A stretch of DNA of 64,000 nucleotides from Paraphysomonas bandaiensis. Taxonomy: Eukaryota > Protista > Chrysophyceae. Positions 52,599-64,000 of this stretch are shown here, in pieces. The notes below the pieces were generated by a model. It was not told the origin of the DNA and ran no database searches. It saw only the letters and a program-made list of their open reading frames with translations. Every line of letters begins with the position of its first letter. The first letter of the stretch is position 1. The DNA is taken from NCBI GenBank assembly GCA_965644295.1, contig CBFFRP010000046.1, forward strand, positions 65,276-129,275, written 5' to 3'. A program made the translations under genes and the position numbers.

Positions 52599-53479
52599 CC
52601 ACCCTCAGAACATTAGGAACGTTCACACGAATTTTTGGACATAGCAGGCAATAATTACATTGTTATCGTGCTCGAACTATCATATTATATTTAAAAGCAC
52701 AATCGACAATAAATTTTAAGTGAATTAAAATATTTTTCCTGGAGCGTTATGACATGAATAACTGTGTTGTATGTATGTAAGCAGCCAAGAAGCAAGTAAG
52801 CAAGAAGCAAATAAGCATAAAGGTAGCTAGCTTTGTAGCTAATAAGTACCCTCCCAGAATATATAGCAAGATACCAATCAGTACGTAAGTTCATAACCAT
52901 TAGCTAGTAGCGAGTGGCTGTAAGAAGCAACAGTGCTTTGATAGGCTGAGTGAGCTCGTGGCTGCGATGGTATACCCCTAAAGGGTTAGGGTTAGTATTG
53001 AACAAAAATAAAAAATGGTAAAAACTCCGTGTAACTCAAACTAGCCACCTAGGTCGCTTGTGGCTTGGTAATTGTGATTTGGGATTTGGGCGTCTCTGAT
53101 ATTGTTGATCGCTTTCTGTTGTTTGTGGATGAGATGTCGAACCCAGCTCCCCCCATCAATGTAGTTGGCAATGTGAAGGAAATAGCTGCTCTTAGTGGTT
53201 TGTAAGAAGATCGGCTAACATTGTGGTAGTGGATATGTGATCAACAGTCACTAAATTTTGGGCAAAGTGTTCTCGAATATAGTGATATAAAATTGCGATT
53301 TGTGTTGTACGGCGATGATGAGTAGGATTGTAACATAATTGGACTGCACTCTTATTATCATGTAAACTAAATAGTGTGGTAAACTAAGGCTTTGTCAACT
53401 GAAAAATTATTACATTTCTAATAGTCGTCATTATCACCTTGCCAGACATCAACCTCATAGTTCCTCTTTACAACAAGAT

Positions 53480-54060
53480 CATCAGCTTCTACATCAGCTA
53501 AATCTATATCCTTAGAACACACATCCTCCTCGCGATATCTAACCCCTTGCACTCGTAAACGATCAATCTTCTTTTGTAATCTCACTTTCGTACCATACTC
53601 ACGAAACCTTCCAGCACATGTTGTCGCAACTCTTTCATTGTAGGCGTACCAGCATACTCTCTAGCCACATACTGCTTTACATCTCTCCATAGTTCCTCGA
53701 TAGATTGCAACTCAGGAAGATACAACATCATTAGTGGTGTACTATGGCCATATTCAGAACACAACTGTTGTACTCTTATCACATTACATACCTCGTGAGT
53801 GGCAAGTTTCTTCAACCAAGACCTAGCTATCGCCTGCAGCTGAACTAACATGCGACCTCGTGGAGCTGTACCTTGAAGGAAATCATTACCTCTGCCCGAC
53901 CTGTCCAATCCGAGATACTGTGTTTCATGCGCTCAGGGTCTCTTGATCCGTAGCTGCTTGGAAGAAGTGTACTACCCTTGCTATTAATCCATTCTTACCA
54001 TACCTGTACCTAACACCTATATCTAAGTAAACGCTAGCGCGATTGATGGTCGTTAAAATA
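53480..54060 (-). mobile_element. Degraded IS630-Tc1-mariner (Sailor-like) transposase remnant
   Basis: PELQSIEELWRDVKQYVAR..G..TMKEL resembles the C-terminal catalytic-E motif (compare QPIELYWANIK at 58.3 kb); frameshifted. Confidence 0.6.
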
Positions 54061-54832
54061 GACATGCTTGCACATCCCGTTGTACCACGGCAGCAACAAT
54101 TGAGGCATGAGGAATCCAATGGGTCAGCCTTTGGCTCAGATGGAGTGAGGATAGGGGAAGCATGGCAGTGGGGTCTGCTGGGGGTGTTGGAGGCAGTCTC
54201 GGAGGTAATTTCAGGGACTAAACCACATAAACGATCGATACAATGCCCCTTCAGGAATATCTTGGCCTTATTCTTCGATCATGGGGGTCTACTATGCTTA
54301 GTTTGAGGTGTAGTGGTCTCATTCAGCACAGTGGTTCCATCAACCTCACAGTCACTTGAAGGGACCTCTTCCGCATAATAATTTATTTCTCGACATCTAG
54401 GAGCCCCTGAGAGTAACTGAAGGCATAGTCAGGTAGCGGAGGGGCGATTGGTTTCAAGCTGAATATATTCTGCAGGTCCATGCAGGTGAAAGTTCGTGCT
54501 CTTCATTTTTGAGTGCACATATCCAGGATATCTACACAGCCAGCGTCACAAAAAGTCCAATATAACAAAATATTTAGCATTTCATGGGCTATTTTGTGTT
54601 AAAACCGCAGTATTTTGATTTCTAAAATGAAAAAGTTAATTTTCGCTAGTTCCCGCATCTACCACCGTATTGACACACAGATCCACTGCATGGTGCTGTA
54701 GATGAGATATACACTGCTGTACACTGCTGCGGATAGATGTATGCTGCGGATAGAATATCCAGCCATACAGTAATGCGGCACCAACAAGTCGAGGTAGCAG
54801 AGTACTATCATTAGCACTCTAACGTATTTATA

Positions 54833-56212
54833 ATGTTGAATACTGAATCTTACACCCCACCGAAGTGGATGCATGATGCCATAGATACTGCGAAGCTACC
54901 GGCCAAAAAGGTGAAACTTGCGAACCTCCCCACCCCCATCCACAAGTTCCGCTCTAACGGTACAGTATGAGGCCCTTCACATGATGTTTTTACTAACATG
55001 GCACATCCCCTGCATGTACTTATCAGAGTTGGAGAGTCTCGGGCTCGAAGTGCACATCAAACGAGACGATTTAACATCATGCGATTTGTCTGGAAATAAA
55101 GTCAGAAAACTCGAGTTTCTTCTGTCGGAAGCGATTGAAGAGTCTCACGACTGCGTCATAACTATAGGTACTGTGCCGTATAACTGTATAGGTTGATCGT
55201 TTTAACGCAATGCAGGTGGAGAGCAGTCGAACCATTGCAGAGCGACTGCAGTGGCCTGTCGCCAGCTAGGCATCGACCCCTACATTATAATTCGTACCGA
55301 TAAAGCGCCAAGTGAATTAAGTCTTACTGGTACAATATTCAGTGTGTTCGTCTTACCCTATTGTTGACACAGAGTACACAGGGAATTTGCTCCTGTCCAG
55401 GATGGTGGGGAGTCATGTCCGCACCGTTTCACCAGGTTTGATCAAGTGACGTTGACTATAATGCCGATCCAATATCTGTAATCTTGTGTAGACATATATT
55501 ACAAAATTGGTAGTGACGAAGTAGTGCACCAGCTGGCGGAGTCACTGAAACTAGAAGGGAAAAATCCTTACTGCATTCCTGTGGGTGGCAGTAATGTGCA
55601 GGTGAATGGTTGATTCTGTAGTGTCGTTTCAAGGCCTTAATCGAATATTTATTTGAGCAGGGGACATTTGGATACCTCAATGCAATGGCTGAAATTGCTA
55701 GCCAGTGTGGCGGTGAAGTGGATTATGATCACATTGTGTTCGCTTGTGGGTCTGGTGGTACGGCCGCAGGCATTGCTATTGGGAACCGATTGCTGGGTAG
55801 CCGCGCCCGTGTGCATGCCGTTTGTGTGTGCGACACTCCGGATGAGTTTTACGAAAGTATTGGCGACTTAGCTGTTGGCCTTGGAATTGATATATCCCCA
55901 TCTGGCCCACTTGGATCACCCAGAGATTGGTTGGACATATACCCGGGTGAGGGCCTTGGGTATGCCTTGACCACTGATGAAGAGTTAAATTTTCTCTGCT
56001 CCATTGCATCCGAGTCGGGACTCTTATTTGATCAGGTGTATTCTGGTAAAGCACTGTATCATCTAATGTTAGTAGCGAAAGCCCGGTCAGATGTCTTTCA
56101 ACCTGGTCACCGAGTGCTCTTCATTCACACAGGGGGAATATTGGGTCTATACAACTCTATTGAAAGGATCCGTCCTCAAGGATCCGTTCAAGCAATGAAT
56201 CTTACGGATTAG
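54833..56212 (+). CDS. D-cysteine desulfhydrase / ACC deaminase-family PLP enzyme
   Basis: LANLPTPI, IKRDDL....SGNKVRKLEFL, GG.QSNHCRATA, IPVGGSN, ACGSGGTAAG, DQVYSGKA, LFIHTGG. Confidence 0.92.
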
Positions 56213-56383
56213 GGTTAGGGTTAGAGTTTCAGTATTTGGCATTTGAATGGTTAAATCCTAAATAACGGAACATTAGTCTGACTCAATAATCCATTTGAAA
56301 TGATTGTAATCAACATTTCCAACTATTCAATTAGGGTTAGGGTTAAGAAGATAGAGGTTTGGGAAGGAGCATCCTACTTATTA

Positions 56384-58880
56384 CAGTTCGTTCACCCATA
56401 ACTAACTGCTCAAAAAACGGTCGACAGTTACGTTTTTTTCAGTTACTGAGTTTGATAATATTTCAGGAAATCTCTCAATTTCACCACGACTGCACCCACA
56501 CACCCTTCCAAACCGACTTGACACTGTCAATCAGGTCACAGGCTTCCATTTGCATGCTCTAGATATCTCATTCATACTCTATGTCCAATATTAGAATGAT
56601 GCCAACACAGTGGTCCCAAAATTTTCGAGGTCCGGTGGCGTGCAAAATATATATTTTGCATTTCACCTCAAACGAACTCCATATTTTGTGGTAAGTATCG
56701 CAACATCACTGGTGACAATCTCACGTTGGGTATTTTTATTTAAGGGCCTGCTTGTTTCAAACATGGCGATTAACAAGAGATCAAAATCTGTCAGAAAATC
56801 ATCCCGTGGAAAGAGGTCTGCAGTGGATACAATGCACGGTCAAAAGGGCAGGAAGAATAGAGAGAAAAGAGAGTTACGTGCAAGGCGACGTCCAGTAGGG
56901 ATAGAGGAAGAATTAGTCCAAGAAGACCCTGAGGTGGTGGAGGAAAAAGCAGAAGTTCAGTGTGACTTCAGAGACAGGGCTGTTGCCATTCGGGAGGAGC
57001 TATGTCGACCTCAGGGCCAATTGGCATCATTCGATGATGTTGTTAATGTCTTACGCATCTATTCTAATGTTATTATGAAGAAGAGAGCAAGCAATCACAC
57101 CGCAGCCATTAAATTTACTGCTGACGCATTACAGATGGGCGACACGACTGTTAGACATATCATTCAGGAGTATGACACAAATGGTCAAGAAGTGTACTGT
57201 ACCCCGTGCAGTATAGCACCAACTCGAGGTACAGGCAGCAAGGCCTATGTTTATGAGCACATGAAAATTCAGAAAGAGATGCTTATTTCATGTCATGACT
57301 ACATTATGAATGAATTGCGGGATGGTGTAAGGCATACATATGCGGACCTGCATCGGTATCTCGAGAACCAATTTGACATCAAAGTGTCATACACCGCTTT
57401 ACGAAAACGAATGTGTTTTGACTTTGATTATGTTAATGGTGTCATTCCGTATAACACTACTTCAGTAAAAATAACACTGCAAATCCGACGATTTATGCTG
57501 TTGTATAGTGGTACGTTATTGTTGAAGAAATTATGTTATTTTATATACAAAAACCGATGATGATGTATGTGCTGTGATACCGTAACGTTTATTACTTGTT
57601 ATGGTGTGTATTAACATTAGCGTCTCTACAGATGCAATTAAAAAGGAAAAACAAGGGAGTGCCTGCATTGCATACATGGATGAGACATGGGTGTGGAGAT
57701 ATCATAGCAGGAAGACTGGCATAGGACCCAAAGGAGTGACACGGCAAGGAACAAAGTCGTCTAAGGGAGATCGTTTGATAATTGTCGATGCAATTACTTC
57801 TGATGGTGCAATTCGTTGGCAATTAGAGAATGAAAAAGGTAAATTATGGTCAACGTTGTGGTCCTTCCTCTATACAAAATCAGGAGACTACCACACTGCC
57901 ATGAATTTCGAGTCGTTTCAGAAATGGATTAACTGTTGTTTTGTTCCAACATGGAAGAGAAAGTATCCTGGTACCCCTTGCATACTAGTATTGGACAATG
58001 CCCCCTACCATATGGGAGGCATGATTAACCCACATCGTCTCAGCAAGAGTGAGTGTACGCTGCATTTGCGCAAGTGTCTGCCTAGGGGGTCCCGTATTAC
58101 TGTCAACACGAATGGCACGCTGCTTCAGTTTGAAGTGCCTAGGCATGGAGGGTTTCCAAATTCTCCAGCAGGTCCATCTCTCAGGGAGCTTCAAGAGGCT
58201 GTTCACGACATTCTAGCTGATTACAAGCCTCGCGACTTGCTGACTTGGGTAGAATGTCGCTTTGCAGAGCTTGGTTGGGAGGTGATATTTACCCCACGTT
58301 ACATGTGTAATTTCCAACCGATAGAACTCTACTGGGCAAACATCAAAAATAGCATTGGACGAAGGTACTTTTCTGGTAGAGACATGAAGTGGATACAAGA
58401 CTTCTTCAAAAAGCATTCTATAACCATTGAGTGTGATTCTTTGGATAGACATGCGCATGATTGTATGAATATCTGGCTCAGACAGGATAATTTGTTGGGT
58501 GGTGTGTATGACAATGTAACTGTACCTGACGATGACATTAGAGAGAATATACTAGCAAATAACCCTAAGTTTATGTCTGAAAAAGAAATGGAAGATATAC
58601 AGAACCCATCTGAGGTGGCTGTACACTTCACTATTCACAGGAATGGTGATATGGATTAGGGCCATATTTTGTAAGGGTAAAAATCACGAATTTTGAACTG
58701 TTCACTTTCACTTATCTTAACGGTATAGTAAAACGGCTTGTAGGTAGAAGCTAAAACTTTGTCTCATATATCTTTGTGACATAAGCTTTCAGTGCATATG
58801 CTTACTTTTTAAAACTTATGTCTAGTTCTAGAAATATAGTTGCTGATATTAGGAGCAGTTAGTTATGAGTGAACGAACTG
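56384..58880 (+). mobile_element. Complete IS630-Tc1-mariner DNA transposon (2,497 bp) with 28-bp TIRs and TA target duplication
   Basis: TA|cagttcgttcacccataactaactgctc ... gagcagttagttatgagtgaacgaactg|TA (27/28 match). Confidence 0.95.
56763..58659 (+). CDS. DDE transposase (~591 aa, DD109E) with one intron (57511-57631)
   Basis: YMDETW, VLDNAPYH, FQPIELYW; the GT..AG intron joins both ORFs in frame (LLYS-DAIKK). Confidence 0.88.
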
Positions 58881-59160
58881 TACTTATGTGCCGGTGTAGA
58901 CGTGTACATATTCTCTACATCAAAGGTAAGCATCCTAGTGTGGGGTTCGACTGGAAGCTCAAGTAAAGTAGTTTGTAAATGAGTAGAGTCTCTCATAAAA
59001 CAGCTCAATCGCTTCGTGCATGTGAGTAGATGAGTAGATAATACGAAAGTCAGGTGCCATTACATTGGAAATAATATAGGTCAACATTTAATAGGTGTTT
59101 TGTGAATTTTGGTATTCCTTGAAAATAAGCTGGTTTGCATTTGGGACAGGGCCTGGTAAG

Positions 59161-59283
59161 CATTAATGGTAATGGCATTAATGGGCCATTAATGGTAATG
59201 CCATTATAATTGCTGGGACTTTTTTAATTAATGCCATTATAATTGCGGGAAACTGGACTACCATTAATGGGCCATTAATGGTA
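59161..59283. repeat. Array of short palindromic CCATTAATGG / GCCATTATAATTGC units
   Basis: cattaatgggccattaatggta at ~59177 and ~59262; taatgccattataattgc twice. Confidence 0.75.
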
Positions 59284-59284
59284 T

Positions 59285-60515
59285 AACCTGACTTGATCTC
59301 TGTAGCTCCGAAAAGGCGGCCCTATTTCCCAAAGCTCTCTCAATGCAATCTTAGTGATCTCCCTCTGCTCCTCCAGATACATCAACCTCTCCTCTAGCAT
59401 GTTGCTGGTCGTGAGGTAATCCAGCAATTCGGGTATCCTGTCCTTCTCCTGGCTCAAGAGCTGGAAATCCATGTCTCTTGGCCCCCTGGTTCGCGCATGA
59501 TGAATTATTTCTAACCAGGATGCATAGAACTCCCTCTGCTCTTCCGGCACTCCTTCCTTCACTCCAGCCATCTTGAGCTCCTCCATCAACCAGTCCAATG
59601 CACCTCTGTAGCTGCTTTCCGTCATCCTCTCTCTCACATTCTCTATCTTTCTTCTCACCAGCCACTCACCCTGCCTTGCTTACCTCTCTTGAAATTCTGG
59701 TTCCACCGGCCTCGCTAGATGTATCAGCATACTCCTCTGGAGCATGTTCTTAGTCTCTTGGGATAGCTCCACTGGTCGTGAGGCAGCATGAATTTCCTCC
59801 TGCGTCCAACTCCAGTCTCTACTGCATTCCTCCTCGTCAGCCCTTCTTCTCCCTCTGGCCCTACTTCCCGTACTCCACTCCTCCTGTGATGGTAACACCT
59901 CCCTTCGTCCTGCTCGGCCTCCTGCTCCCATTGCAGCCAACTCCACCATTACCGGTGTGCTCCTATACTCCCGTCCCGTACTCCTTCTGGCTGGTGTCTT
60001 CCGGTATTCGTCTCCCATTTATGGGGCCGCCACCTCGTAGTCCTTGCTCCCTCCCTCCTGTCCGGTGTCTACCCCCTTCCTCCTTGATCTTCCCCTCTCT
60101 GTGACATCTCCTGTACCAAAACACCCAGCATTCTGTGGCATACTTTGGCGCAGATCCTGCTTTCAACACTGCAAGGCAGCTCTTGAGAGTCTCTATCCGT
60201 GGATTCCCTCTCATCTCTATCACCGGCTGGTCTCTTGCCTTCCCCTTGCCGCACCCACACCCACGGTGGTATATCTGACGCCCTTTCCTTTGTCTCCTTC
60301 TGCTCTAATTCCCCTAGCCGCATCTTATCACTGAATAGCTTCCTGGTGGCCTACATATCTCCAGCCCCACCCCCTTCTCTCCTTACGGGCCTTCTCATCA
60401 ATGGATTTCCATACATTTCTCCCGCTTGGATCGTTACCATGAAATTTTGCTCCCCCTGCTTCCCACTGACTGATCAGGTTCATTGGTTCGCTGAGGGAGC
60501 CCACGTTGTCCACCA
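59285..60515 (-). other. Purine-rich broken coding-like sequence, probable retroelement ORF remnant
   Basis: Successive minus-strand ORFs (59275-59658, 59680-60018, 59963-60223) with strong strand bias; no diagnostic motif recognised; ends at a CCCTAA tract. Confidence 0.35.
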
Positions 60516-60651
60516 CAATAACCCTAACCCTAACAGTTATAGCTATATAGTATGTTTGACTACGTATTTGGTCTTAACCACAGTCAGTAACCACACTTAT
60601 AAGAAGTAATATATTTACGTCCAAATCAATTAAATTTATTGTATTACTCTA

Positions 60652-60950
60652 CTAAATAGTACTATCAGAGAGTGTGCTTGCATACACATACAAATCGTTT
60701 GCTAGAGTTTGACAATAACCAAAGTACTCAAAATCTTCGGTATCGACATTCATTATATGACGATATGCGTTGACAGTGTTTTCTATTATACAACCAAACA
60801 TAAACGAATTATGCTTGCCTGCCTCACCCATTGCCACCATCCCTGTGTGGCCATACCCTCTGTTTGATTTGCTTGTTGTATTTGTCATAGGCATAAAACA
60901 GCTTGTAATAGTCATCACGCACAGGAATACATATATGATGTCGAGGCCTT
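60652..60950 (-). mobile_element. Possible piggyBac-like transposase C-terminal remnant
   Basis: Frameshifted YYKLFYAYDKYNKQI...VWP / F.FGCIIENTVNAY...YCQTLANDL resembles the Y..M..VD..D...W...F......NAY...LA..L pattern. Confidence 0.35.
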
Positions 60951-61035
60951 AATACTGTGTGTTGCTTCCCATCTTTCCTGAGCCGCAATTGTATGGCTCC
61001 CGCCCAAGGACAATTGGGGTCACAGACAAACCAAA

Positions 61036-62180
61036 ATCCTACAACTCACGGCACCACAGCTCACCGCACCTGGCCTCAGCACCTACACATACGAAACCCT
61101 TGCAATGCCAGCAGCACTAACATTCTCCACTGCGCTGCACTCTTCCGTGCCCATCTGGACTGATTGTCAGGCGGTGCAGACGCGAACCAAGGAAGCCCCA
61201 GGGCATATTTTACGAATGTCTCGCCACCACAACTCTTAAACAGCGCCCTATAAAATGGACACGCTCGCACCCCGAACGTAGAACACAAGATCAAAGCAAC
61301 TGGACCTACAACGACCACGGCATGGTGCTTCTCACCTGCACACACCCTGACCTCACTCAAATACGTGAAGACGTTCACCAAGCACACCACAGTAAGCTCG
61401 ACAAACTTCGCACATGCATGCTTCCCCATCCCTGGTTTCACATCGCCATAATCAAACTAGCAAAAGCCGCATGGAATCCGAACACCCCCCAGGTTGAGCG
61501 CTACTGGACCGGCCACATTACTGCGACACAACTGGACGACGCATTCGGACGCGACATATCCAGCTCACTTCTCGAACATCAGTTCCACGCCCTCGAAAAA
61601 TCCGTCACCTCTATCCTGCTCCCTCTATATAATGGAAGGCTCCGCATGCTTCGTAACAGAGGACTCAGACACCACAACGCAGACACGAGACCTGTAACAC
61701 CGGTTACGACCCCAACACACTCACAGCAACGCCAGTCACAGGATACCCACCCGATACCAAAAATACTCCAACTACTCCAGGCGACATCCACCCCAAGAAT
61801 TCTATCCTCTGCAAGAGTCCGAACCCGACACCCCGAAAGCGCCACCACTCCGGAAACAACTCCACCTTACTTGTGGCCGAAATCCCACCTCGACAACCAG
61901 CACCATCTCCACCACCGACTTACACTCTCACATACATCTAGCCCCAACCATCCCCCGTATAACCCATGGCACAGGCCCGCCAGACACACTGCCCAAAGGC
62001 AGACCCCCCGACTTACCTCACTACAAGGGACGGTTGCACCATGGTGCTCACAGCGATGCACAAGCAGTCCCGAGACGGTTGCCCGCCACTAGTAGTACAT
62101 AGCAAGCCCAGTTTAGTCAGTCTATAGATAAAATACTAGTTTCTGTACACAACCGTTCTCATGTAATAATCAGATTTTCC
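61036..62180 (+). mobile_element. Non-LTR retrotransposon 3' fragment with RNase H remnant
   Basis: YETLAMPAAL...IWTDCQAV...IKWTRSHPE...WTYNDHG (RNase H-like), then a region shared with 30130-31192. Confidence 0.65.
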
Positions 62181-62339
62181 TATATCCCATCTTTCCTATG
62201 AGCGTGCACAACAATTTGCTTCTTTCTTTTGTTCTATACCCATTCCATTTTCCCCACATATCTACTCCGTGCTGCACCAGTCGTGTCAACGCAGGAAATT
62301 GCTTCGGATTAATAGTCCCTCTAAGAATGCTCTTAAACT

Positions 62340-62968
62340 TCAAAGCGACATCTTCAGAGTAGAGCTTGTCAAACGTAAAGTTGGCAGTGAATGTTTCGGC
62401 AAATAGTATGCCAAACGACGAAATCGTAGGATAATTTCTACAGAACTCTTTTCGGTATTATTCCAGTCCTGAACACCGTGGACGGACCTTCTTCTGGACA
62501 CCAGTACACACGAATTGTTCGCCATAAATACGAATCCAAATAGCACGAATCTTGATATATCTTACTCACAGTGAACAGCACAGAGTTTCCTCTGTTGAAA
62601 ACGAGGTGCTCAGGATCTATATCTTGGGCAATTGTCGTGACAAGTGCAGGTGTAACAAACTAAAGAAATATGCTCAGGAGCGTTAGCCTTCGCAGCTTTT
62701 AATGTTGGATATTGATTGAGAAGGTCTGAATCTGGCAAATGAAACGATTCATGTCTCAAACCAATCCGCTTCCACTGTTTTTGAACCTTCTTCGACTCAG
62801 CCCCTATTTTGGCTTGTCGTGCAGCCTTCTCTGTGCGCTCTTTAGTATTGAATCTGCTCTCCTGTGGAGACATCTTTCAGTATAAGAATGAGTCGAATAT
62901 AATGAAGTTACCTGCACATCATTATGCCCTGTGATTGGGTCACTGGGAGTGTTGTCTGCTGCTCTCAT
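62340..62968 (-). pseudogene. Unknown spliced ORF with in-frame stops
   Basis: MRAADNTP..DVQ|GT..AG|MSPQESRF...CYTCTC; downstream reading is interrupted by stops; no family recognised. Confidence 0.3.
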
Positions 62969-63457
62969 ATGAATTCACATACTTCATTAGAGTCGAGTCC
63001 GAATTGACTGTTACGTTTTTTCCGTACATAACAACAGTGTTTTTTGTTTTTTTTGTGCTGTGATGGTGAGTGTGGTTTTTGAGTGTGGTTGAAACCAATT
63101 ACAGTTTCTCACATTGAATTCACCGTATTCTACATATCTATCTTAGAGAGACATACAAATTCCAGCACAGTTATGTTAAAACTTAACACATAAGACACTA
63201 TAATTAAACTAAAACTGAAATATATGTTACAAAAATTTGCATTACCAAATATATATAGCTCATTTTCTGTAACTTGTACACGCTGGATACCACGCAATTC
63301 CTGTCGCACGATATGCACACTTTGGTTGGTTTTTGACTTTTGTCCTCCACAGACTGTATCAGAGTTCAAATTCAGTTGAATCATCGTTTTCATAATCATC
63401 ACCATATCTGATAAAAAATAATTATTGTTGAAATTATGTATTTTTGAGATTTTATCC

Positions 63458-64000
63458 TTACACTTCTTTGAATAAGTCAGACCATTCGAGCTCACTATCA
63501 GAGGAGAAATCCATATCTAGCAAATGCTCAACATTACTCATAACAATGGAACCATAGGGTGCGGTACTATGTTGAAATGTGAGACTGGTTTTCTCAGCAG
63601 GTCGAAAATTACTGGAATCGCCATATGAAATATTCGATACAGCAGCAGCAGCATCGGTGTCTGTATCAGCAGCAACAATGGGATCAATTTCAGTTGCTGG
63701 TAGTAGTGGGACAATGGTGGTATCAGGCTCCACTTCTGCGGAGGGGAAATCGTTCATGTGTCGCTGCTGATGGATAGTAGGGGCACTGCTGGAGAGGTGA
63801 CAGGGACTGCGTCCCTCTTCCGTGGCTACATGAGCACTGTCAGTTTTCAGATGCTGCGTTCCCTCCTCTCCAGGAGCACAAGAAGCAGCAGGTGACACCA
63901 ATGCCGGGCATTGACCAACTTTACTTGAAATTCGCTCTTCAGCCTGATTTTTCCACGAGGAGAGAAACTGGTATCCGACATACACTACAAGTAGCAACAG
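63458..64000 (-). CDS. 3' end of a hypothetical protein (hydrophobic segment then low-complexity tail)
   Basis: Open frame of 179 aa entering from the window end; higher GC than the flank. Confidence 0.45.
   Translation of the reverse strand: MLLLVVYVGYQFLSSWKNQAEERISSKVGQCPALVSPAASCAPGEEGTQHLKTDSAHVATEEGRSPCHLSSSAPTIHQQRHMNDFPSAEVEPDTTIVPLLPATEIDPIVAADTDTDAAAAVSNISYGDSSNFRPAEKTSLTFQHSTAPYGSIVMSNVEHLLDMDFSSDSELEWSDLFKEV

Noticed and set aside
807-63770. Numerous short ORFs antisense to or overlapping the identified genes
   Set aside because: They are shadows of real coding strands, with no motifs.

Overview
Eukaryotic, gene-dense window with many short (~45-60 bp) spliceosomal introns, from a flagellated protist. 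A stramenopile such as a chrysophyte-like flagellate is my inference only. Fourteen genes lie in alternating head-to-head pairs: axonemal dynein HC / Kizuna-like, DNAAF3 / PGLS, Ca2+-regulated kinase / RAD50, SERBP1 / PGGT1B, IP3R-like / DGAT2, SGTA / GlyRS, and METTL18 / D-cysteine desulfhydrase (this last pair is split by an apparent insertion). Tail-to-tail gaps hold mobile DNA: a truncated Ty1/Copia element, a Copia RNase H fragment, a shuffled ~520 bp repeat family, non-LTR 3' fragments and a complete TIR-bounded IS630-Tc1-mariner element (DD109E). There is a 2.17 kb exact tandem duplication and several short interstitial TTAGGG tracts. The standout feature is a ~2,856-aa IP3-receptor-like channel with a complete S1-S4 voltage-sensor domain inserted in its cytosolic region. 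It also has apparently eroded IP3-binding residues, an atypical pore filter (GVRLQNGTGD) and a C2-like tail, making it a candidate voltage-coupled Ca2+-release channel. Exon boundaries were placed by eye and no database searches were run.
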